Below are positions 17,582-29,063 of a stretch of 64,000 bases of DNA, piece by piece. The notes below the pieces were generated by a model. It made no database searches. It saw only the letters and a list, made by a program, of their open reading frames with translations, and was not told the origin of the DNA. The first letter of the stretch is position 1; each line of letters starts with the position of its first letter. This stretch comes from Nitrospirales bacterium (lineage in GTDB: Bacteria; Nitrospirota; Nitrospiria; Nitrospirales; UBA8639), in NCBI GenBank assembly GCA_965223295.1, contig CBDCWC010000003.1, positions 832,001 through 896,000 on the forward strand. Direction: 5' to 3'. Position numbers and translations under genes: made by a program.

Positions 17582-18064
17582 TTACCGAGCCCGAACTTTT
17601 AATATCTCATAGTCCCAAACTGGATCGGTTTGTACTTGAGGCGCAACCGAAAACGGAATCGTCACAGAAAAATCTCGGGATTGGCCCGGAGGGATTTCTA
17701 TAGGAAACGTCCTCTGTTCTTGTCCTACGGTTTCACAGGTCCCAGACTCACAGTCTTTGACTGTCGCCTGAAGCATAACCGACAGTATGGTATAGTCAGT
17801 TGCTAAGTTCTGAATACGGCCCCCTACGACAAATGATCGAGAATTTAACCCTGATCGAACCCTCATTTGTGAAAGTTGGGCCTGGTTTACAGAAATCCGT
17901 TCAAACTCTAAACTGCGTTCCTCGGTATCCTGCCAAATAATGACACCAATCGCCCCAATTAAGAGGACCACCGTCATTCCCAAAACTCGACGAAACTTGG
18001 GGAAACTGACCGCTGTGAGAATGAGGATCGCTAGTAATAAGAACAGGGCAATACGAAGCATCAC
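17582..18064 (-). CDS. Membrane-anchored hypothetical protein with a beta-rich periplasmic domain
   Basis: Two N-terminal TM helices; GRIQN...IPPGQSRDF; CxxxxC pair. Confidence 0.75.
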   Translation of the reverse strand: MMLRIALFLLLAILILTAVSFPKFRRVLGMTVVLLIGAIGVIIWQDTEERSLEFERISVNQAQLSQMRVRSGLNSRSFVVGGRIQNLATDYTILSVMLQATVKDCESGTCETVGQEQRTFPIEIPPGQSRDFSVTIPFSVAPQVQTDPVWDYEILKVRAR

Positions 18065-18175
18065 ATTTCAGGCTCACATCTGAAAACTATTTTCCACTTC
18101 CCAGAAAGACCATTTCTCATTTTTTTATATCGGACGGGACCAAAGAATTCTTTCAATTTTTCACGAGGATAGATC

Positions 18176-19000
18176 ATGATAGATTGGTCGCATGAAGTCG
18201 AGATCGCTTCAACGTTAGCGAAAGAAGCAGGACAAGTCATTATGAACATTTACGAACAAGATTTTGCCATATCCTATAAAGGAACCAATGATCCGGTCAC
18301 AGAGGCTGACCAACTAGCCAATACCCTTATTGTTCAGCGACTGGCCAAGCATTTCCCTCAAGACAGAATTATAGCTGAAGAAAGTCCCTTGCCAACTGGC
18401 ACACAACAATTAGATCGCGTGTGGTATGTCGATCCGCTGGACGGAACAAAGGAATTTATTGCCCGTAATGGTGAGTTTTCCATCATGATTGGTTTGACAG
18501 TCAATGGAAGAACGCAGTTGGGCGTTGTCTATCGCCCCACAGAAGACCAGCTCTTCGCAGGCATTGCAGATCAAGAAGCTTGGATGGAGCATCAAGGAAC
18601 CCGCCTGCCTTTAAAAGCCACACACGCTAAATCTTTGTCAGCTCTCACTCTTGTGGCCTCTCGATCTCATCGTTCTCCAAAACTTTCTGGCATCAAACAA
18701 ACCTTGAATATTCAAGAGGAACATCCCATGGGAAGCGTGGGACTCAAGATTGGGTTCATTGCTCGAGGAGGAGCCGACCTTTATATGGAACCAGGACCTT
18801 ATACAAAATCCTGGGATGCCTGTGCCCCGGAAGCCATATTACGAGGAGCCGGCGGCTGCTTCACCGATGTGCATGGAAACCCTATCCAATACGATGGCAG
18901 AGAAATTCGCAATGTGCATGGTATAGTCGGAAGTACAAAAGATTGTCATCAACAAGTCATTGACGCCTTGACGGGCTCATGTGTCTCATGTGAAGGTTGA
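18176..19000 (+). CDS. cysQ: 3'(2'),5'-bisphosphate nucleotidase
   Basis: PVTEAD, AEE, VDPLDGTKEFI, SRSH, GSVGLK, WDACA motifs. Confidence 0.9.
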   Translation: MIDWSHEVEIASTLAKEAGQVIMNIYEQDFAISYKGTNDPVTEADQLANTLIVQRLAKHFPQDRIIAEESPLPTGTQQLDRVWYVDPLDGTKEFIARNGEFSIMIGLTVNGRTQLGVVYRPTEDQLFAGIADQEAWMEHQGTRLPLKATHAKSLSALTLVASRSHRSPKLSGIKQTLNIQEEHPMGSVGLKIGFIARGGADLYMEPGPYTKSWDACAPEAILRGAGGCFTDVHGNPIQYDGREIRNVHGIVGSTKDCHQQVIDALTGSCVSCEG

Positions 19001-19026
19001 CACCTTTTTTTGGCGATTCTTAGAAT
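18997..19026 (+). promoter_or_regulatory. Sigma70-type promoter of trmFO-xerC-hslVU
   Basis: TTGACA-18 bp-TAGAAT. Confidence 0.6.
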
Positions 19027-19074
19027 CGACCTGCCTGTTTCCCAGACTTAAGTAATTGCTCAAGAGTCCATTCC

Positions 19075-20394
19075 ATGCGTGAGGATTTAGTTATCATTGG
19101 AGGCGGCTTGGCCGGCTCCGAAGCTGCGTGGCACGCCGCAAACTTAGGTGCAAAGGTGACCCTCTATGAAATGCGCCCGAAAACTGAAACCGCCGCTCAT
19201 AAGACCGAACATCTTGCGGAAATCGTTTGTTCCAATTCGCTAGGATCCAATGATCCGCTCAGTGCACCTGGCATCCTCAAACAAGAAATGAGACAGCTTG
19301 GGTCTCTCATCATTAAGGTCGCTGATGATGTCGCGGTCCCCGCCGGGGCAGCCTTAGCCGTTGACCGAGAACAATTTGCTCAAAAAATTACACAGGCTCT
19401 GACAGAACATCCCAATGTGCGAATCCTACGAGAAGAAATTCATGACATTCCTGAAGACGCCGTATGTATCATCGCAACAGGCCCTCTCACTTCCCCCAAA
19501 CTCTCTGAAGCCATTACCCAGCTCACACGGTCCAAAAATCTCTACTTCTTTGATGCCATTTCCCCCATCGTGGATACCGACTCATTGAATATGAACAAAA
19601 TTTTCCGTGCTTCCCGCTATGATAAAGGCACGGCCGATTACCTCAACTGCCCGATGGACGAAGAACGTTATAATCAATTCTATGATGCCCTCACCCAAGC
19701 CGAACGCGTCCAACCCAAAGCCTTTGAAAATATTCCATACTTTGAGGGCTGTCTTCCTATTGAAGTCATGGCGGATCGAGGTCGAAAAACGTTGGCCTTC
19801 GGCCCTCTCAAGCCAGTTGGGCTAATCGACCCCAAAACCGGGACACAACCCTATGCCGTGTTACAATTACGAGCAGAGAATCATCATGGATCCTGTTATA
19901 ACCTTGTGGGCTTCCAAACCAAACTGACGTATCCTGAACAGCGACGTGTGTTTCGCATGATTCCAGGGCTGGAGGAAGCCGAATTCCTTCGCTGCGGCAG
20001 CATCCACCGAAATACTTTTATTAATGTCCCCATTCTCCTGAATAAGACATTGCAATTAAAGAAACATCCGAACATTTTATTTGCCGGGCAATTAGTTGGC
20101 GTCGAAGGCTACGTGGAAGCTGCTGCGAGTGGAGGTCTTGCTGGGCTCAATGCAGCTCGAATGTTATCAGAGCAGAAACTCTTCACACCTCCGCCAACCA
20201 CCGCTCATGGAGCTCTTCTTGAATACATCACAACCTGTGAGCCCAAACATTTCCAACCCATCAATACCAATTTTGGCCTGTTTCCACCACTTGATACACC
20301 AATTCGAGAAAAACAGAAAAAACGGCAGGCCATTCAAGAACGGGCGCTGTCGGATTTTCAATCTTGGACCACACAATCCGGACTTTCAACATGA
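19075..20394 (+). CDS. trmFO: tRNA (uracil-54)-methyltransferase, FAD/folate-dependent
   Basis: GGGLAGSEAA, EMRP, VCSNSLG, FFDAISPI, YFEGCLPIE, AGQLVGVEGY motifs. Confidence 0.96.
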   Translation: MREDLVIIGGGLAGSEAAWHAANLGAKVTLYEMRPKTETAAHKTEHLAEIVCSNSLGSNDPLSAPGILKQEMRQLGSLIIKVADDVAVPAGAALAVDREQFAQKITQALTEHPNVRILREEIHDIPEDAVCIIATGPLTSPKLSEAITQLTRSKNLYFFDAISPIVDTDSLNMNKIFRASRYDKGTADYLNCPMDEERYNQFYDALTQAERVQPKAFENIPYFEGCLPIEVMADRGRKTLAFGPLKPVGLIDPKTGTQPYAVLQLRAENHHGSCYNLVGFQTKLTYPEQRRVFRMIPGLEEAEFLRCGSIHRNTFINVPILLNKTLQLKKHPNILFAGQLVGVEGYVEAAASGGLAGLNAARMLSEQKLFTPPPTTAHGALLEYITTCEPKHFQPINTNFGLFPPLDTPIREKQKKRQAIQERALSDFQSWTTQSGLST

Positions 20395-21368
20395 ATGACG
20401 CAATCCAAGATTTTCTCCTCCATTTACAATTAGAACGTGGCGTGTCGACAGATACGCATCATAGTTACCAGTCTGATCTTCAACAGTTCTTGGGACATCT
20501 CCAAGCGCAGTACTTTCGGGACAACGTAGCCCCGCAACCTAAGGATATTGATATATTCCATATCAGATCCTTCCTAAAACATTTGAGCGACCAGGGCTTA
20601 GCCAAAACATCGCTGGCTCGCAAGCTGGCCTGCCTGAAAAGTTTTTTTCGATTCTTGGTAGAGGAAGGCCAGATTAAACAGAATCCAGCCGCAGCTGTCC
20701 GCTCCCCTCGTTTGGGTACACGCTTGCCTACGGTGTTGACAAAAGACGAAGCCACCACGTTATTAGATAGCCCTCCCGCAGCGACGTGGATTGAGGCCAG
20801 AAATCATGCAATTTTGGAAACTCTTTATTCCAGTGGGGCACGAGTTTCAGAGTTGGTCGGTCTAAACTGGGATCATGTAGACCTTGACGCCCAACTCATT
20901 CGATTACGGGGAAAAGGCAAAAAAGAACGCAGGGTCCCAATAGGAGGCGTGGCCATAGAGGCCCTCCTCCACTATCAGCAACTCTTGCCTGCTGTCACTA
21001 AATCCACACGGAAGAACGTGCAGCACGGGCATTCCTCCTCTTCAAGGTCGCAACCTCTATTTTTAAACACACGAGGAGGCCGCTTAACAACACGAAGCAT
21101 TGAACGCATGGTCAAGCAACAATCTAGCACCCGATTTTCTCAGTCGGTTACCCCTCATACGCTACGCCATTCGTTCGCCACTCACTTACTCGATGAGGGC
21201 GCCGATTTACGAGCAATCCAAGAATTACTCGGGCATGCCTCATTAGCCACCACACAAAAATATACACATGTGGCGACGGATCAACTGATGGCCGTGTATG
21301 ATCAAGCTCACCCGAGATCAGGGTCCTCTCTTAACACATCATCAGAAGGAGATCACCGCAAATCATGA
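20391..21368 (+). CDS. xerC: Tyrosine recombinase XerC
   Basis: [35 protein letters not shown]; conserved position between trmFO and hslV. Confidence 0.92.
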   Translation: MNDAIQDFLLHLQLERGVSTDTHHSYQSDLQQFLGHLQAQYFRDNVAPQPKDIDIFHIRSFLKHLSDQGLAKTSLARKLACLKSFFRFLVEEGQIKQNPAAAVRSPRLGTRLPTVLTKDEATTLLDSPPAATWIEARNHAILETLYSSGARVSELVGLNWDHVDLDAQLIRLRGKGKKERRVPIGGVAIEALLHYQQLLPAVTKSTRKNVQHGHSSSSRSQPLFLNTRGGRLTTRSIERMVKQQSSTRFSQSVTPHTLRHSFATHLLDEGADLRAIQELLGHASLATTQKYTHVATDQLMAVYDQAHPRSGSSLNTSSEGDHRKS

Positions 21369-21901
21369 TCATCCGTTCCACGACCATTCTCTGCGTGCGG
21401 AAGGGGCCAGTGGTGGCCATGGGCTCTGACGGTCAGGTTACAGTCGGTACAACCGTGATGAAAAGTAATGCACGGAAGCTCCGCCGAATGCATCAAGGCC
21501 AAGTGTTGGCAGGGTTTGCTGGAGCCACAGCCGACGCTTTTACCCTGTTTGAAAAATTCGAGGCTAAGCTGGAAGAATATCGGGGAAAGCTCACCCGTGC
21601 GGCGGTGGAACTGGCAAAAGACTGGCGAACCGATCGCGTGCTTCGACGACTCGAAGCCCTGCTCGCCGTGGCCAACCACGAACAGTCTTTTATCATTTCT
21701 GGCACCGGCGATGTCATCGAACCCGAAGATGGTATTTTGGCCATTGGCTCAGGTGGATCCTATGCATTAGCTGCAGCACGTGCTCTTCTTGCCCAAACAA
21801 CACTTGATCCCAAACACATCGTAGAACAAAGTATGCAAATCGCTGGCAGTATTGATATCTACACCAATCACCAAATTGTTATTGAGGAGTTGCCGAAATA
21901 A
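21365..21901 (+). CDS. hslV: ATP-dependent protease subunit HslV
   Basis: TTI N-terminus, [20 protein letters not shown]. Confidence 0.97.
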   Translation: MIIRSTTILCVRKGPVVAMGSDGQVTVGTTVMKSNARKLRRMHQGQVLAGFAGATADAFTLFEKFEAKLEEYRGKLTRAAVELAKDWRTDRVLRRLEALLAVANHEQSFIISGTGDVIEPEDGILAIGSGGSYALAAARALLAQTTLDPKHIVEQSMQIAGSIDIYTNHQIVIEELPK

Positions 21902-21904
21902 CCA

Positions 21905-23323
21905 ATGGAACAGTTATCAGAGCCTTCAACACCAACACTTGATTCCCTCACCCCACGCCAAATCGTGGAAGAACTTGACCGCTATGTCATTGGGCAAAAG
22001 GATGCGAAACGGATGGTGGCCATCGCCCTCCGCAATCGATGGCGCCGCCAACAACTCAGCCCAGAGCTCCGTGAGGAAATTGTGCCGAAAAATATCATTA
22101 TGATTGGTCCCACTGGCGTTGGGAAAACCGAAGTCTCCCGTCGTGTCTCAAAACTTGCTGATGCTCCATTTATCAAAGTGGAAGCGTCCAAATTTACCGA
22201 GGTAGGCTATGTCGGACGAGATGTGGAGTCCCTCATACGGGATCTGACTGATATTTCTATTAATCAAGTGAAATCAGCCTATCTCGAACAAGTTCAACAC
22301 AAAGCAGAAGAAATGGCTGAGGAACGAGTGTTGGATATTCTGCTCCCACCCTCTCCCTCGACTTCACTAACGAATTCCAGCAACACCGAGACAGAGGGAG
22401 AAAATTCTGACACTCCATCCCTCAAAAAACCTGACTCGCAGGACTCTACCCGCGCCAAACTTCGGGTTCAGCTGAAGGAAGGCAAGCTCGATAATCGTCT
22501 GGTAGAAGTTGAGGTGAAAGATAAGGGTGGAATCCCCGTCGGGATCATCTCAAACATGGGCGGGATGGAAGATATGGAACACAACATCCGCGAAATGCTT
22601 GGTGGCCTGATGCCAGGAAAAAAGAAAGACCGCCGGATGAAAATTTCCGAGGCCTTAAAGTTTCTAACCCAGGAAGAAGCCCAAAAACTCATTGATATGG
22701 ATGAGGTAACCAAGGAAGCTATCTCACGCACGGAACAGTCAGGCATCGTGTTTCTGGATGAAATTGATAAAATTGCGGGAAAAGAAAAACATCAAGGCCC
22801 AGATATTTCCCGGGAAGGCGTGCAGCGTGATTTGTTACCCATTGTGGAAGGCTGCACTGTCAACACCAAACATGGGTTGGTCAAGACAGATCATATTTTA
22901 TTTATCGCCGCCGGGGCCTTTCATGTCTCCAAACCGGCCGATATGATCCCAGAATTACAAGGCCGGTTTCCCATTCGCGTTGAGCTGGAACCCCTGACCA
23001 AAGATGATCTTATCCGAATTCTCACCGAACCTAAAAATGCACTGATTAAACAATATCATGCTCTCCTTGAAACAGAAGGCATCAACCTGGATTTCACGAC
23101 GGATGGCATCGAAGAGATTGCCGCAACCGCAGTAGAGGTTAATGACCGCACCGAAAATATCGGCGCTCGTCGTCTCTTCACGATTGTTGAACGACTCTTA
23201 GAGGAAGTGTCATTTGAAGCTCAAGATCTTCCAGAAAAACATGTGGTCGTGAATGCTCAATATGTCAAAGATCATTTACAAAACATTGTCAAAGACCAAG
23301 ACCTCAGCCGGTTTATTTTATAA
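21905..23323 (+). CDS. hslU: ATP-dependent protease ATPase subunit HslU
   Basis: [39 protein letters not shown]-terminus. Confidence 0.97.
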   Translation: MEQLSEPSTPTLDSLTPRQIVEELDRYVIGQKDAKRMVAIALRNRWRRQQLSPELREEIVPKNIIMIGPTGVGKTEVSRRVSKLADAPFIKVEASKFTEVGYVGRDVESLIRDLTDISINQVKSAYLEQVQHKAEEMAEERVLDILLPPSPSTSLTNSSNTETEGENSDTPSLKKPDSQDSTRAKLRVQLKEGKLDNRLVEVEVKDKGGIPVGIISNMGGMEDMEHNIREMLGGLMPGKKKDRRMKISEALKFLTQEEAQKLIDMDEVTKEAISRTEQSGIVFLDEIDKIAGKEKHQGPDISREGVQRDLLPIVEGCTVNTKHGLVKTDHILFIAAGAFHVSKPADMIPELQGRFPIRVELEPLTKDDLIRILTEPKNALIKQYHALLETEGINLDFTTDGIEEIAATAVEVNDRTENIGARRLFTIVERLLEEVSFEAQDLPEKHVVVNAQYVKDHLQNIVKDQDLSRFIL

Positions 23324-23346
23324 ACCTTCGGAATTTCGCAACACTC

Positions 23347-24240
23347 GTGGACACACTTATTAAAAAAGCCAATATCCTGATTGAGGCCCTTCCCTACATT
23401 CGTAATTTTGCGGGAAAGACCATCGTCATTAAATACGGCGGCCATGCCATGACTGATGAACACCTCAAAGAAGGTTTTGCAGAAGATGTGGTGTTGCTAA
23501 AATATGTTGGACTCAACCCAATCATCGTCCATGGAGGTGGCCCACAAATTAATAAAATGCTCGACACCCTCGGGATTGAAGCCAAGTTCATTCATGGCGT
23601 TCGGATCACCGACGAACCCACGATGGAAGTAGTCGAGATGATTTTAGGTGGCCGGATTAACAAAGAGATTGTGGCACTACTCAATCAACATGGGGGAAAA
23701 GCCGTCGGACTCACAGGAAAAGACGGTCGGTTATTCACCACCAAAGCATTTAATCCCAAGAGTCTTATCCATCGCTACAGCGGATCGACGGAAGCCCTTC
23801 AATCAGAAAATTATGGCCTAGTCGGGGAAATCAGTAAGGTGAATAGTGAATTATTATTCACCCTTCAAAATGCCAATTACATTCCCGTCATTGCCCCAAT
23901 TGGAGTCGATGCAAAAGGGAACACCCATAATATTAACGCCGATCTCGTGGCGGGAAGTTTAGCGGCAGCTATCCGAGCCGAGAAACTGCTCATGTTAAGT
24001 GATGTGAAAGGCATCCGGAATGCCAAAGGAACACATGTGTCGACATTGTCACGAAAAGACATGGAGCGAATGGTCAAGAAAAAAGTGATTAACGAAGGCA
24101 TGCTCCCAAAAGTGCATGCCTGCCTCACGGCCTTGCAAGGCGGCGTAGAAAAAGCTCATATCATTGATGGACGAGTTCCTCACGCAGTCTTACTAGAAAT
24201 CTTCACCGACAAAGGTATCGGCACGGAAATCGTCGCCTAA
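23347..24240 (+). CDS. argB: Acetylglutamate kinase
   Basis: KYGGHAM, VHGGGPQI, GVRIT, NINAD, GMLPK motifs. Confidence 0.96.
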   Translation: MDTLIKKANILIEALPYIRNFAGKTIVIKYGGHAMTDEHLKEGFAEDVVLLKYVGLNPIIVHGGGPQINKMLDTLGIEAKFIHGVRITDEPTMEVVEMILGGRINKEIVALLNQHGGKAVGLTGKDGRLFTTKAFNPKSLIHRYSGSTEALQSENYGLVGEISKVNSELLFTLQNANYIPVIAPIGVDAKGNTHNINADLVAGSLAAAIRAEKLLMLSDVKGIRNAKGTHVSTLSRKDMERMVKKKVINEGMLPKVHACLTALQGGVEKAHIIDGRVPHAVLLEIFTDKGIGTEIVA

Positions 24241-24275
24241 GCTCTTTATGTAGACGTAGGAGAGAATTTTTTGCC

Positions 24276-24312
24276 TCCGTCATTCCCGGCATCTTTAATC
24301 GGGAATCCATCT
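24276..24312 (+). repeat. REP-like palindrome
   Basis: TCCGTCATTCCCGGCATCTTTAATCGGGAATCCATCT; 34/37 identical to 63881-63917. Confidence 0.75.
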
Positions 24313-24358
24313 GAGCCTTGTGGGTTTGGGATTTCCCCATCACCAAACCTTACACAAC

Positions 24359-24967
24359 ATGAAACTCACCAAAGACGAGTCTTCTGAACGGAGATCCATC
24401 CCCCAACCTGATCGTCGATCAGCGCTGCTCCTTGTGGATCCCCAAAACGATTTTTTCCCGGGTGGTACGATGAGTCCACGAGAAGGCACAAGTCTCATTC
24501 CAGTTATCAATAGCTACATTCAACATTTCAGCCGAAACGGCTGGCCGATCTTGGCCACACGAGATTGGCATCCACCCAATCATTGTTCTTTTACTGACCA
24601 AGGTGGACCCCATCCAACCCATTGCGTTCAAGGATCACGCGGCGCACAGTTTCACTCGGATCTGGTCATGCCTCCCGGCATGATGGTCATTTCCAAAGGC
24701 ACAGATGCTAAGAAGGATTCGGGATCGGGCTTCGAAGGAAGCAGTTTGGCAGATCGACTAGAAGACCTAGATGTAAAAACAGTGTTTGTATTAGGGCCAG
24801 CAACGCATCGTTGCCTCAAGCAGACGATTGTGGATGCATGCAAACTCAGCCTCCAAGTCATCATTCTAAAAGATGCCGTTGGAATCACAGAAGGTCTCTT
24901 CAAAGAAATCGATCAGACAGGAGGCCTCCAAGCGACAGCAGCCGACTTAGGAATCAAACTCACCTAG
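24359..24967 (+). CDS. pncA: Nicotinamidase/isochorismatase family hydrolase
   Basis: VDPQNDF, DWHPPNHCSF, HCVQG, SKG and a Cys at the catalytic position (ATHRC). Confidence 0.78.
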   Translation: MKLTKDESSERRSIPQPDRRSALLLVDPQNDFFPGGTMSPREGTSLIPVINSYIQHFSRNGWPILATRDWHPPNHCSFTDQGGPHPTHCVQGSRGAQFHSDLVMPPGMMVISKGTDAKKDSGSGFEGSSLADRLEDLDVKTVFVLGPATHRCLKQTIVDACKLSLQVIILKDAVGITEGLFKEIDQTGGLQATAADLGIKLT

Positions 24968-25133
24968 CTCAGAGCATGCATCCTCCTCTTTTTCTTCTCC
25001 ATCAATCCACCAAGAATTCAACTACAGAGTCAATCATTTATCTCTCAAATAGGGTATACCCTAAATGAGAGGATGGGAGGCAGGATAAAATCTCATAAAA
25101 ACAATAGGGTTAAACCGCAATTTTGGAGGGACC

Positions 25134-25820
25134 CTATTTGAGAGGAGTTGTTTCCTTCATTCGGGGGGTGGAGATTTTTCCAGTTGAAGGCGAACGGACC
25201 TTGAGGACATCGGCGACTTCTTGGCTGAAGGCGGCGAGCATGCGGCTCATGGCTTCAACAAGAGCTTCATAGTCGACCCCTCGCGGAATTTCGGAGAACT
25301 GACTGGTCTTTTTATACAATACGTTTTTCCTCTCCCCTTTCGCTAATGCCCACCGAACCTTAAAGACCGCTTCTTGGTTGTTCATCCCATCAAATTGAAT
25401 GACATCCAAGGACAATTGGTAGTCAGGCATTTTGGAACGATTCCAAGGATACGTGACAATTTTTTCAGTGTCCAACAACTCTGAAAGGTTTTCTTCCAGA
25501 ACATGACTCACATTCTCTTTGAGGGGAGCACCCCATTTATGAAATTCTGCCAGCTCGATTTCATGTGGACTAACTCTGGTCACAATCTGAGGACGTTCCA
25601 AATATTTCGGAATACTGATCGGTCCCAGCCCTAAAGACATTCCGGGCTGTCCAGCATCTCCTATCGAAGCACCAACAGGCACTTCCATCGCTCGCAGCAG
25701 GTAAAAATGGGTGGGGTCAGTCGTACCACATCCCCAAAGATTTACAAGACAGACCGTCACAATCCAACAACCCAGAAACTTTCGCATGCCCATGTTTTCC
25801 CCCTCACTCTTCCTTTCCAT
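25134..25820 (-). CDS. pqiC: PqiC-family lipoprotein
   Basis: Lipobox-like WGC, YLL, PKYLERPQIV, HKWGAPL; follows pqiB. Confidence 0.88.
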   Translation of the reverse strand: MERKSEGENMGMRKFLGCWIVTVCLVNLWGCGTTDPTHFYLLRAMEVPVGASIGDAGQPGMSLGLGPISIPKYLERPQIVTRVSPHEIELAEFHKWGAPLKENVSHVLEENLSELLDTEKIVTYPWNRSKMPDYQLSLDVIQFDGMNNQEAVFKVRWALAKGERKNVLYKKTSQFSEIPRGVDYEALVEAMSRMLAAFSQEVADVLKVRSPSTGKISTPRMKETTPLK

Positions 25821-27480
25821 GTACCAAAGATTCCGGGTGCTGCTCGAGATAATCGGCTAACACCCGAATGGATCGAGCGGCAGCAGCCAACTCTTCTAAA
25901 GTATTAGTCAGATTCACCGCGGTTGGAGAGTTTGGGTCGGCAATTTCTAAGGCTTCCCTGGCAGCCGCCAACGTTTTTTCAGTGCTGGTTGCCAAGGATT
26001 GAACGGTCTGGTCTACATCGTAGGTGAGTTTTTGCACATCCTCGAGCGTGGCACTTAATGATTCCACGGCTTGGGTTAGACTTGGCGAATTAGCCAGTCT
26101 CTTGGTTCCTTTCAACGTCTCCAACAATTCATGGGCAATCTTGTCTAATGGCAATTTTCGCAATTCCTCTAAGACACTAGTGGCGGTTCGTCGAAACTCA
26201 TCCAACGTAGAAGGCACCGTTGGAATTTCGGGATATTTACCGGTCATCACAAGTGTGGTTTTAGGAAGTTCCGGATAGAAATCCAGATCCACAAATAATT
26301 GTCCAGTTAAGAGGCTGCCAGTTTGTAATTGTGCCCGCATTCCATGATTCTCCACTAACAGACGACCAACTGAGTAGGGCTCTTCGGCATTAATTTGGTC
26401 CAAGGCTTCCAACACATCTGGTGTCAACATACGGTCTGGCTGGATTTCAATCGCGACCGGTACCTCAAAATTCAACGTCTTGGGATCCAATTCCATCGCA
26501 ATATCTGTGACGATTCCAATTTTGATGCCTTTCAATTCAACGGGAGCTCCAATACTCAACCCACGTACCGATCCATCAAAATGCAGTAAAAATGGAACCT
26601 TACGAACATATTTGGCTTCCCCAATACTCCCGAAACTATCAAAAAGCTCAAACATCGTTCCCGGCCTGCTTGGCTTGCCCGTTCCACCTGCCGTAGTCGG
26701 CGTATCAAACGCCACCCCTCCTGCCACTATTGAAGCAAGCGATTCCATTTTCACGTCAATGCCTTCGGCCCCTATCGAGGCCTCAATGCCCGCCCTCTGC
26801 CAAAATCGACTGGTATCCTGAACCAGCAAATGATAGGGGGCTTGTATAAAAATATCGATAAACACACTTTGATTATCTTTCGACAACTCATGACCTAAAA
26901 TACGCCCGACTTTGATCCCGCGTAAAAATACTGGTGCCCCGGGATAGCAGGAACCAAGCTGCTCAGCAATTAATTGAAACTGGCTTCCATCCTCAAAGGC
27001 CGTAACCCCAGGAGGATTTTCCAGCCCAATAAACTCTAGGGTTGGGTCGCCTGGCCTAGGATCGGCATCAATGTAAGCACCCGACACTAAGGTCTCTAAT
27101 CCTGAAATGCCGCTCAATCCAATCTGAGGTCTGACTACCCAAAACTGAGTATTTGTTGTCAGATGAGTCTCCGTTTCTTTGTCCATTTTGGCCGTCACGA
27201 CTACTTGGGAGAGATTTTCACTAATTCGAACGGTCTCAACGGTCCCAATCTCAACCGACTTATATTTGACCTTCGTTTTCCCAGCTTCCAATCCTTCCCC
27301 ATTATTAAATGTAATCGTGATGCTCGGACCCGCCTCTGAAATAGTCTTATAGGCTAACCACCCACCGACTAATGCAGCCACCAAGGGGATAATCCATACG
27401 ATGGAAAATCCCTCGCGAGAAGTGACCGCTACTTCAGGCAGCTCCTCAAGCGGTATGTGAGCAACTGGTTTATCAGACAT
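25804..27480 (-). CDS. pqiB: PqiB multi-MCE-domain lipid transport protein
   Basis: WIIPLVA, GLEAGKT, GLETLVSGAYI, SVRGLSIGAPV, LEQHPESL. Confidence 0.93.
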   Translation of the reverse strand: MSDKPVAHIPLEELPEVAVTSREGFSIVWIIPLVAALVGGWLAYKTISEAGPSITITFNNGEGLEAGKTKVKYKSVEIGTVETVRISENLSQVVVTAKMDKETETHLTTNTQFWVVRPQIGLSGISGLETLVSGAYIDADPRPGDPTLEFIGLENPPGVTAFEDGSQFQLIAEQLGSCYPGAPVFLRGIKVGRILGHELSKDNQSVFIDIFIQAPYHLLVQDTSRFWQRAGIEASIGAEGIDVKMESLASIVAGGVAFDTPTTAGGTGKPSRPGTMFELFDSFGSIGEAKYVRKVPFLLHFDGSVRGLSIGAPVELKGIKIGIVTDIAMELDPKTLNFEVPVAIEIQPDRMLTPDVLEALDQINAEEPYSVGRLLVENHGMRAQLQTGSLLTGQLFVDLDFYPELPKTTLVMTGKYPEIPTVPSTLDEFRRTATSVLEELRKLPLDKIAHELLETLKGTKRLANSPSLTQAVESLSATLEDVQKLTYDVDQTVQSLATSTEKTLAAAREALEIADPNSPTAVNLTNTLEELAAAARSIRVLADYLEQHPESLVHGKEE

Positions 27481-28111
27481 CAGAAGTTTTTAGAGCATCC
27501 CAAATTAATCGTGGATCAAAACTCATCGCCGCAAACATGGTCAAGATGACCACCGCAGCAAACGAGGTAGCGGCAGGACCTGGTTCAATCGTCGCAATGG
27601 CTTCCAGTCTCACCAAGGCCACCAAAATTGAAATCATGAAAATATCGATCATGGACCATCGGCCGACCGCTTCGGTCACTCGATAGATAACCGTTCGCGC
27701 CCTCGGACGCCACTGCCATTTTCTCTGGACGGACACCAAGAGAAACGTTAAACCAAAAAGTTTAATCAATGGAACGGTAATACTGGCAAAGAATACCAGA
27801 ACGGCCAATGGCCAAAGACCGCTCTCCCACAGTGATTGCACGCCACTCAAAATCGTATCAGGATCTCCTGCTCCAAAGGAAATAACGGTCATGATTGGAT
27901 ACACGTTTGCAGGAATATATAGAATATAAGCCGCAAGAATCAGCGCCCAGGTGCGAGCTAAGCTATTCGGTTTCCGGCGAGTGAGCCGTGTTCCACATCG
28001 CCGACACGTTGCATAGGCCTTTGGAGGTAACGCCTGAAGACGATTCACAAGGTGGCACGTTCCACAACTCACCAGAGCCGCTTGGCTGACATCACCAGTG
28101 CGACGACTCAT
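27473..28111 (-). CDS. pqiA: Paraquat-inducible protein A (C-terminal half type)
   Basis: CxxC...CxxC, YIPANVYP, GRWSMIDIF, FDPRLIWD. Confidence 0.92.
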   Translation of the reverse strand: MSRRTGDVSQAALVSCGTCHLVNRLQALPPKAYATCRRCGTRLTRRKPNSLARTWALILAAYILYIPANVYPIMTVISFGAGDPDTILSGVQSLWESGLWPLAVLVFFASITVPLIKLFGLTFLLVSVQRKWQWRPRARTVIYRVTEAVGRWSMIDIFMISILVALVRLEAIATIEPGPAATSFAAVVILTMFAAMSFDPRLIWDALKTSDV

Positions 28112-28731
28112 TCACCCGTCTCCAATCGTTCCCACACTTGCCGGGGATCTAGTGCCGCTCCTGCGGCGGCCATTGAAAGTAACAAGGCCGCAAAAGAGTA
28201 AAGAGCCGTTCCAGGAACAATGGTGGCAAAATCATTGATTTTGACGATGGCCACGATCACCCCTAACATATAGACATCAACCATCGCCCATGGACGCAGC
28301 GCCTCCACAATCCGAAAGATTTTCGCGGCATGCCAGGAACGCTGTTTCAGTTTTATCGGAATCAGCACATATAACAACCCTAAAATTTTGAGAAGCGGGA
28401 TCACGATACTGACTAGCAAGACCAAGGTCGCCACGGCCCACATATTTTGACTAAACAAGGCGTTGACCCCCGAAAACAGGACGCTATCCTGCACACGCCC
28501 CTCATATTTAAATGTCATAAAGGGAAAAACATTGGCGAGAATAAAGAAAATCACTGCCGTCAGTGAAAAAATGAGTGTGTGGTCCAAGCTATCGGACCTC
28601 TTTCGATAGAGTACCGCTCCGCATCGAGAGCAAAGAGCTCGTTGGCCACTTCGCAGGATCCGCTGTCGATGCAACAAATCACAATCCTGACAGGCAATAA
28701 TCAAATGTCGAGGCAGGTTATCCATTCCCAT
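28108..28731 (-). CDS. pqiA: Paraquat-inducible protein A (N-terminal half type)
   Basis: CQDCD...CSRCG, ANVFPF, PWAMVDVY. Confidence 0.92.
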   Translation of the reverse strand: MGMDNLPRHLIIACQDCDLLHRQRILRSGQRALCSRCGAVLYRKRSDSLDHTLIFSLTAVIFFILANVFPFMTFKYEGRVQDSVLFSGVNALFSQNMWAVATLVLLVSIVIPLLKILGLLYVLIPIKLKQRSWHAAKIFRIVEALRPWAMVDVYMLGVIVAIVKINDFATIVPGTALYSFAALLLSMAAAGAALDPRQVWERLETGE

Positions 28732-28945
28732 GATATTTTAATAATTCTTTGGCTTGAAGCAAGGGAAATGCTGATCGAGAAGAGCTGAATCGCCAACTGC
28801 CTAGGCTGATACGCTGTATAAATTCTTTGCCTAGGAGCTACGCATATCTTTTTAAACGAACAGTTCCCCCATTTATTTTGGATAAATATCTAGAAATTTG
28901 CTTATTGCCCCACAAAAAACGTCGCCCCCTACTGCACCCGTGGGC

Positions 28946-28973
28946 TTGTTACACTTTGTTACAAAGTTTTACG
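28946..28973. promoter_or_regulatory. CpxR/OmpR-type tandem binding site
   Basis: Minus strand GTAAA-N5-GTAAC-N5-GTAAC upstream of the spy/cpxP-like gene. Confidence 0.65.
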
Positions 28974-29063
28974 ATTGTGAGAAGATCTCCAATTTGGTGA
29001 ATGGTAGCGTGTGTGATGACAGATCACAATGATTTATTCATCATCACACAAAGGAGAGATCTC

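Noticed and set aside
20391-21368. xerC as a mobile-element integrase
   Set aside because: It sits in the conserved housekeeping trmFO-xerC-hslVU context.
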